Positions 30,157 through 32,000 of a stretch of 32,000 bases of DNA are shown in pieces (position 1 is the stretch's first letter; the number at the start of each line of letters is the position of its first letter). The stretch spans positions 42,654 through 74,653 of the forward strand of contig JAPHEG010000006.1 in the NCBI GenBank assembly GCA_029259515.1, read 5' to 3'. Position numbers and translations under genes: made by a program. The notes under the pieces were generated by a model that saw only the letters and a program-made list of their open reading frames with translations, did not search any database and had not been told where the DNA came from. The DNA is from Candidatus Thermodesulfobacterium syntrophicum. GTDB taxonomy: Bacteria > Desulfobacterota > Thermodesulfobacteria > Thermodesulfobacteriales > Thermodesulfobacteriaceae.

Positions 30157-31188
30157 ATGCTTTCCAGATTTTTAAACTGGCTTTCTAAGGACTTAGCTAT
30201 AGATCTTGGAACTGCTAATACTTTAATTTATTTAAAAGGTAAGGGGATAATCCTTGCCGAACCTTCAGTAGTAGCAGTTAAAGAAGATAGAAAGTATAAA
30301 AAAGTTTTAGCTGTAGGAGAAGAAGCTAAAAGAATGATAGGTAAAACCCCCGGGAATATAAAAGCTATAAGGCCACTTAGAGAGGGGGTTATTGCTGATT
30401 TTGAGGTTACTGAAGCTATGATTAAGTATTTTATCCAGAAAATTTATAACAGGGGTTATTTTTTGAAACCAAGAGTTATAATAAGTGTTCCTTCTGGGAC
30501 CACTCAGGTTGAGAGAAGGGCTGTAAAAGAAAGTGCTGAAGGTGCAGGAGCAAGAGAAGTCTATTTAATTGAAGAGCCCATGGCTGCAGCAATAGGTGTA
30601 GGTTTACCCATTACAGAGCCAGTAGCTAATATGATTGTTGATATAGGTGGTGGCACAACTGAGATTGCTATTATTTCTCTGGGTGGAATTGTAATAAGTT
30701 ATTCTGTAAAAGTTGCAGGAGATAAAATTGATGAAGCTATTTCTCAGTATATAAAAAGGAAATACAATCTTCTTATTGGGGAAGCAACCGCTGAACATAT
30801 AAAGATAAAGATAGGAAATGTTTTACCTGAGGAACCTTATGAAACTATGGAAATAAAAGGAAGAGATTTGGTTACAGGAGTACCAAAAACAATAAACATA
30901 TCTTCAAAAGAAATCCAGGAAGCTATAAAAGAACCTGTAGATTTGATTTTACAGGCAATAAGAGATGTTTTAGAAGAAACTCCTCCAGAATTATCAGCAG
31001 ACATAGTAGATAGAGGTATAGTAATTTCTGGAGGAGGAGCGCTCTTAAAAAATCTTGACAAATTAATTGCTCAAGAAACTGGTTTAGAAGTAAAGATAGC
31101 TGATAATCCACTCTTTTCTGTAGCAATAGGCGCAGGAAAAGCCCTTGACGAAATTGATACACTTAAAGAAGTTATGATTGAAGTTTAG
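30157..31188 (+). CDS. mreB: rod shape-determining protein MreB
   Basis: [34 protein letters not shown] and [12 protein letters not shown] are canonical MreB/actin-fold motifs. 343 aa. Confidence 0.95.
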   Translation: MLSRFLNWLSKDLAIDLGTANTLIYLKGKGIILAEPSVVAVKEDRKYKKVLAVGEEAKRMIGKTPGNIKAIRPLREGVIADFEVTEAMIKYFIQKIYNRGYFLKPRVIISVPSGTTQVERRAVKESAEGAGAREVYLIEEPMAAAIGVGLPITEPVANMIVDIGGGTTEIAIISLGGIVISYSVKVAGDKIDEAISQYIKRKYNLLIGEATAEHIKIKIGNVLPEEPYETMEIKGRDLVTGVPKTINISSKEIQEAIKEPVDLILQAIRDVLEETPPELSADIVDRGIVISGGGALLKNLDKLIAQETGLEVKIADNPLFSVAIGAGKALDEIDTLKEVMIEV

Positions 31189-31417
31189 GAATTTTCTCTA
31201 AAAATTCCTCTACACACTTTTTAGAACAAAAATAATAAGTCTTTCCATTAAGTTCCATTTTTATTGCTTCTTTTTTTCTAATATAGCTCTGACAATTTTC
31301 ATCAAACACCATTTCCTCAATAAGTTCTCGGTTTTTGCTCTTCGCAAGTTTTTTCTTTCTTTTTGCAAAGTACCAATAAAGTAAAACTAATAACCCTATG
31401 AATATTAAAAATTTCAT
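31172..31417 (-). CDS. small membrane-anchored YHS/TRASH-type metal-binding domain protein
   Basis: An N-terminal TM helix ([15 protein letters not shown]) is followed by FDENCQSYI...[16 protein letters not shown], the YHS-domain signature. Confidence 0.6.
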   Translation of the reverse strand: MKFLIFIGLLVLLYWYFAKRKKKLAKSKNRELIEEMVFDENCQSYIRKKEAIKMELNGKTYYFCSKKCVEEFLEKIPKLQS

Positions 31418-31427
31418 AATCTATACT

Positions 31428-31895
31428 CTAAAGCTTTTTACGATTTTTTTCAACTATTTTAAGAGCCTTGTAAAGTTCCTTTAAAGTTTTTTTAAAAAAC
31501 GGATGATCCCAGTAAGGAATTAGTTCTAAAGAAGGTAAAATCACAAATTCTCTTTTGTCCATATAAGGATGAGGAATGGTTAAGCTTTTTGAATTTATTA
31601 TCAGATCTTCATAAAAAATTATATCTATATCAATAATACGATCCTCATACATTTCTCGTTTTTTTGGATTTCTTCCCATTTTAGCTTCTATCTTTTTAAT
31701 TTCAAAGATTAGAGCCCAGGGGGAGAGGGAGGTTTCTCCAAGTAAAACCATATTTAAGAAAAGATTGGGGCTTTTAAAACCCCATGGTTTGGTTTCATAA
31801 ATTTTGGAACATTTTATAATTTTAAGAGGAAGTGCCTTAAGATAATTAAGAGCCCATTTTAAATTTTTTTCTCGATTGCCTAAATTACTTCCCAA
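31428..31895 (-). CDS. folK: 2-amino-4-hydroxy-6-hydroxymethyldihydropteridine pyrophosphokinase (HPPK)
   Basis: LGSNLGNREKNLKWAL..., DIDIIFYEDLII and LTIPHPYMDKREFVILPLxE-type motifs. The annotated TTG start (31895) probably truncates the conserved first beta-strand (see findings). Confidence 0.85.
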   Translation of the reverse strand: MGSNLGNREKNLKWALNYLKALPLKIIKCSKIYETKPWGFKSPNLFLNMVLLGETSLSPWALIFEIKKIEAKMGRNPKKREMYEDRIIDIDIIFYEDLIINSKSLTIPHPYMDKREFVILPSLELIPYWDHPFFKKTLKELYKALKIVEKNRKKL

Positions 31896-31912
31896 GCTTA
31901 AAACAACTTTAT

Positions 31913-32000
31913 TTAAAATTGCAGGGTAGATAGCCTCTGAGCTGCTTCTTTTAATCTTTCTTCTCCTACTGTTAAGGCAATTCTAAAATAGCCTTCTCCT
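31913..32000 (-). CDS. 3' end of a PLP-dependent (class I/II) aminotransferase gene, 5' part outside the window
   Basis: Not in the ORF track (no Met). The minus-strand frame starting at 31999 reads GEGYFRIALTVGEERLKEAAQRLSTLQF followed by TAA (31915-31913). The G.GY.R.AL....E.L.EA..RL ending is typical of aminotransferase C-termini. Confidence 0.45.
   Translation of the reverse strand, partial: GEGYFRIALTVGEERLKEAAQRLSTLQF

Noticed and set aside
28625-31162. ORFs 28625-28825 (+), 29417-29611 (-), 30604-30798 (-), 30837-31061 (-) and 30923-31162 (-).
   Set aside because: They are antisense or overlapping shadows of the PleD-like gene, the DUF429-like gene and mreB. Low-complexity translations.

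Overview
AT-rich bacterial chromosome segment (coding DNA roughly 30% GC by eye), probably from a (hyper)thermophile. It encodes reverse gyrase, and every structured RNA stands out as a strongly GC-rich island. These RNAs are a complete minus-strand rRNA operon (16S, tRNA-Ile, tRNA-Ala, 23S, 5S at about 22.7-27.8 kb), a tRNA-Pro and a cobalamin riboswitch. A Thermodesulfobacteria- or Aquificae-like lineage is my guess only.

Gene content is mostly tightly packed housekeeping:
- miaA, yicC, a UbiA-type prenyltransferase and an orphan ParA
- B12 riboswitch plus metE, then tRNA-Pro
- speD, speE and rsmD
- a long minus-strand gene string: giant radical-SAM/c-di-GMP fusion, SAM methyltransferase, cysteine desulfurase, GH3 NagZ-like enzyme, class I fumarase alpha subunit, lipoprotein
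- reverse gyrase, ccsA and PBP1A
- the rRNA operon
- a PleD-like diguanylate cyclase, a DUF429-like protein, mreB, a small YHS-domain protein, folK and the 3' end of an aminotransferase

I found no CRISPR array, transposase or integrase, toxin-antitoxin pair or recognisable defence genes.

The one genuinely unusual item is the 1235-aa ORF at 12398-16105. It fuses a DNA-modification/repair-type radical SAM module (CxxxCxxC plus helix-hairpin-helix) to PAS-GAF-PAS-(degenerate GGDEF)-EAL, and is translationally coupled (ATGA overlap) to a SAM methyltransferase followed by a cysteine desulfurase.

Smaller oddities:
- a divergent self-cleavage region and an N-terminal extension in the AdoMet decarboxylase
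- a folK start-codon problem
- three convergent gene pairs whose 3' ends overlap
- SD-like repeats in the 16S trailer that can pair with the anti-SD

All ORF-track entries inside the rRNA operon, and the antisense shadow ORFs, are rejected as non-coding.
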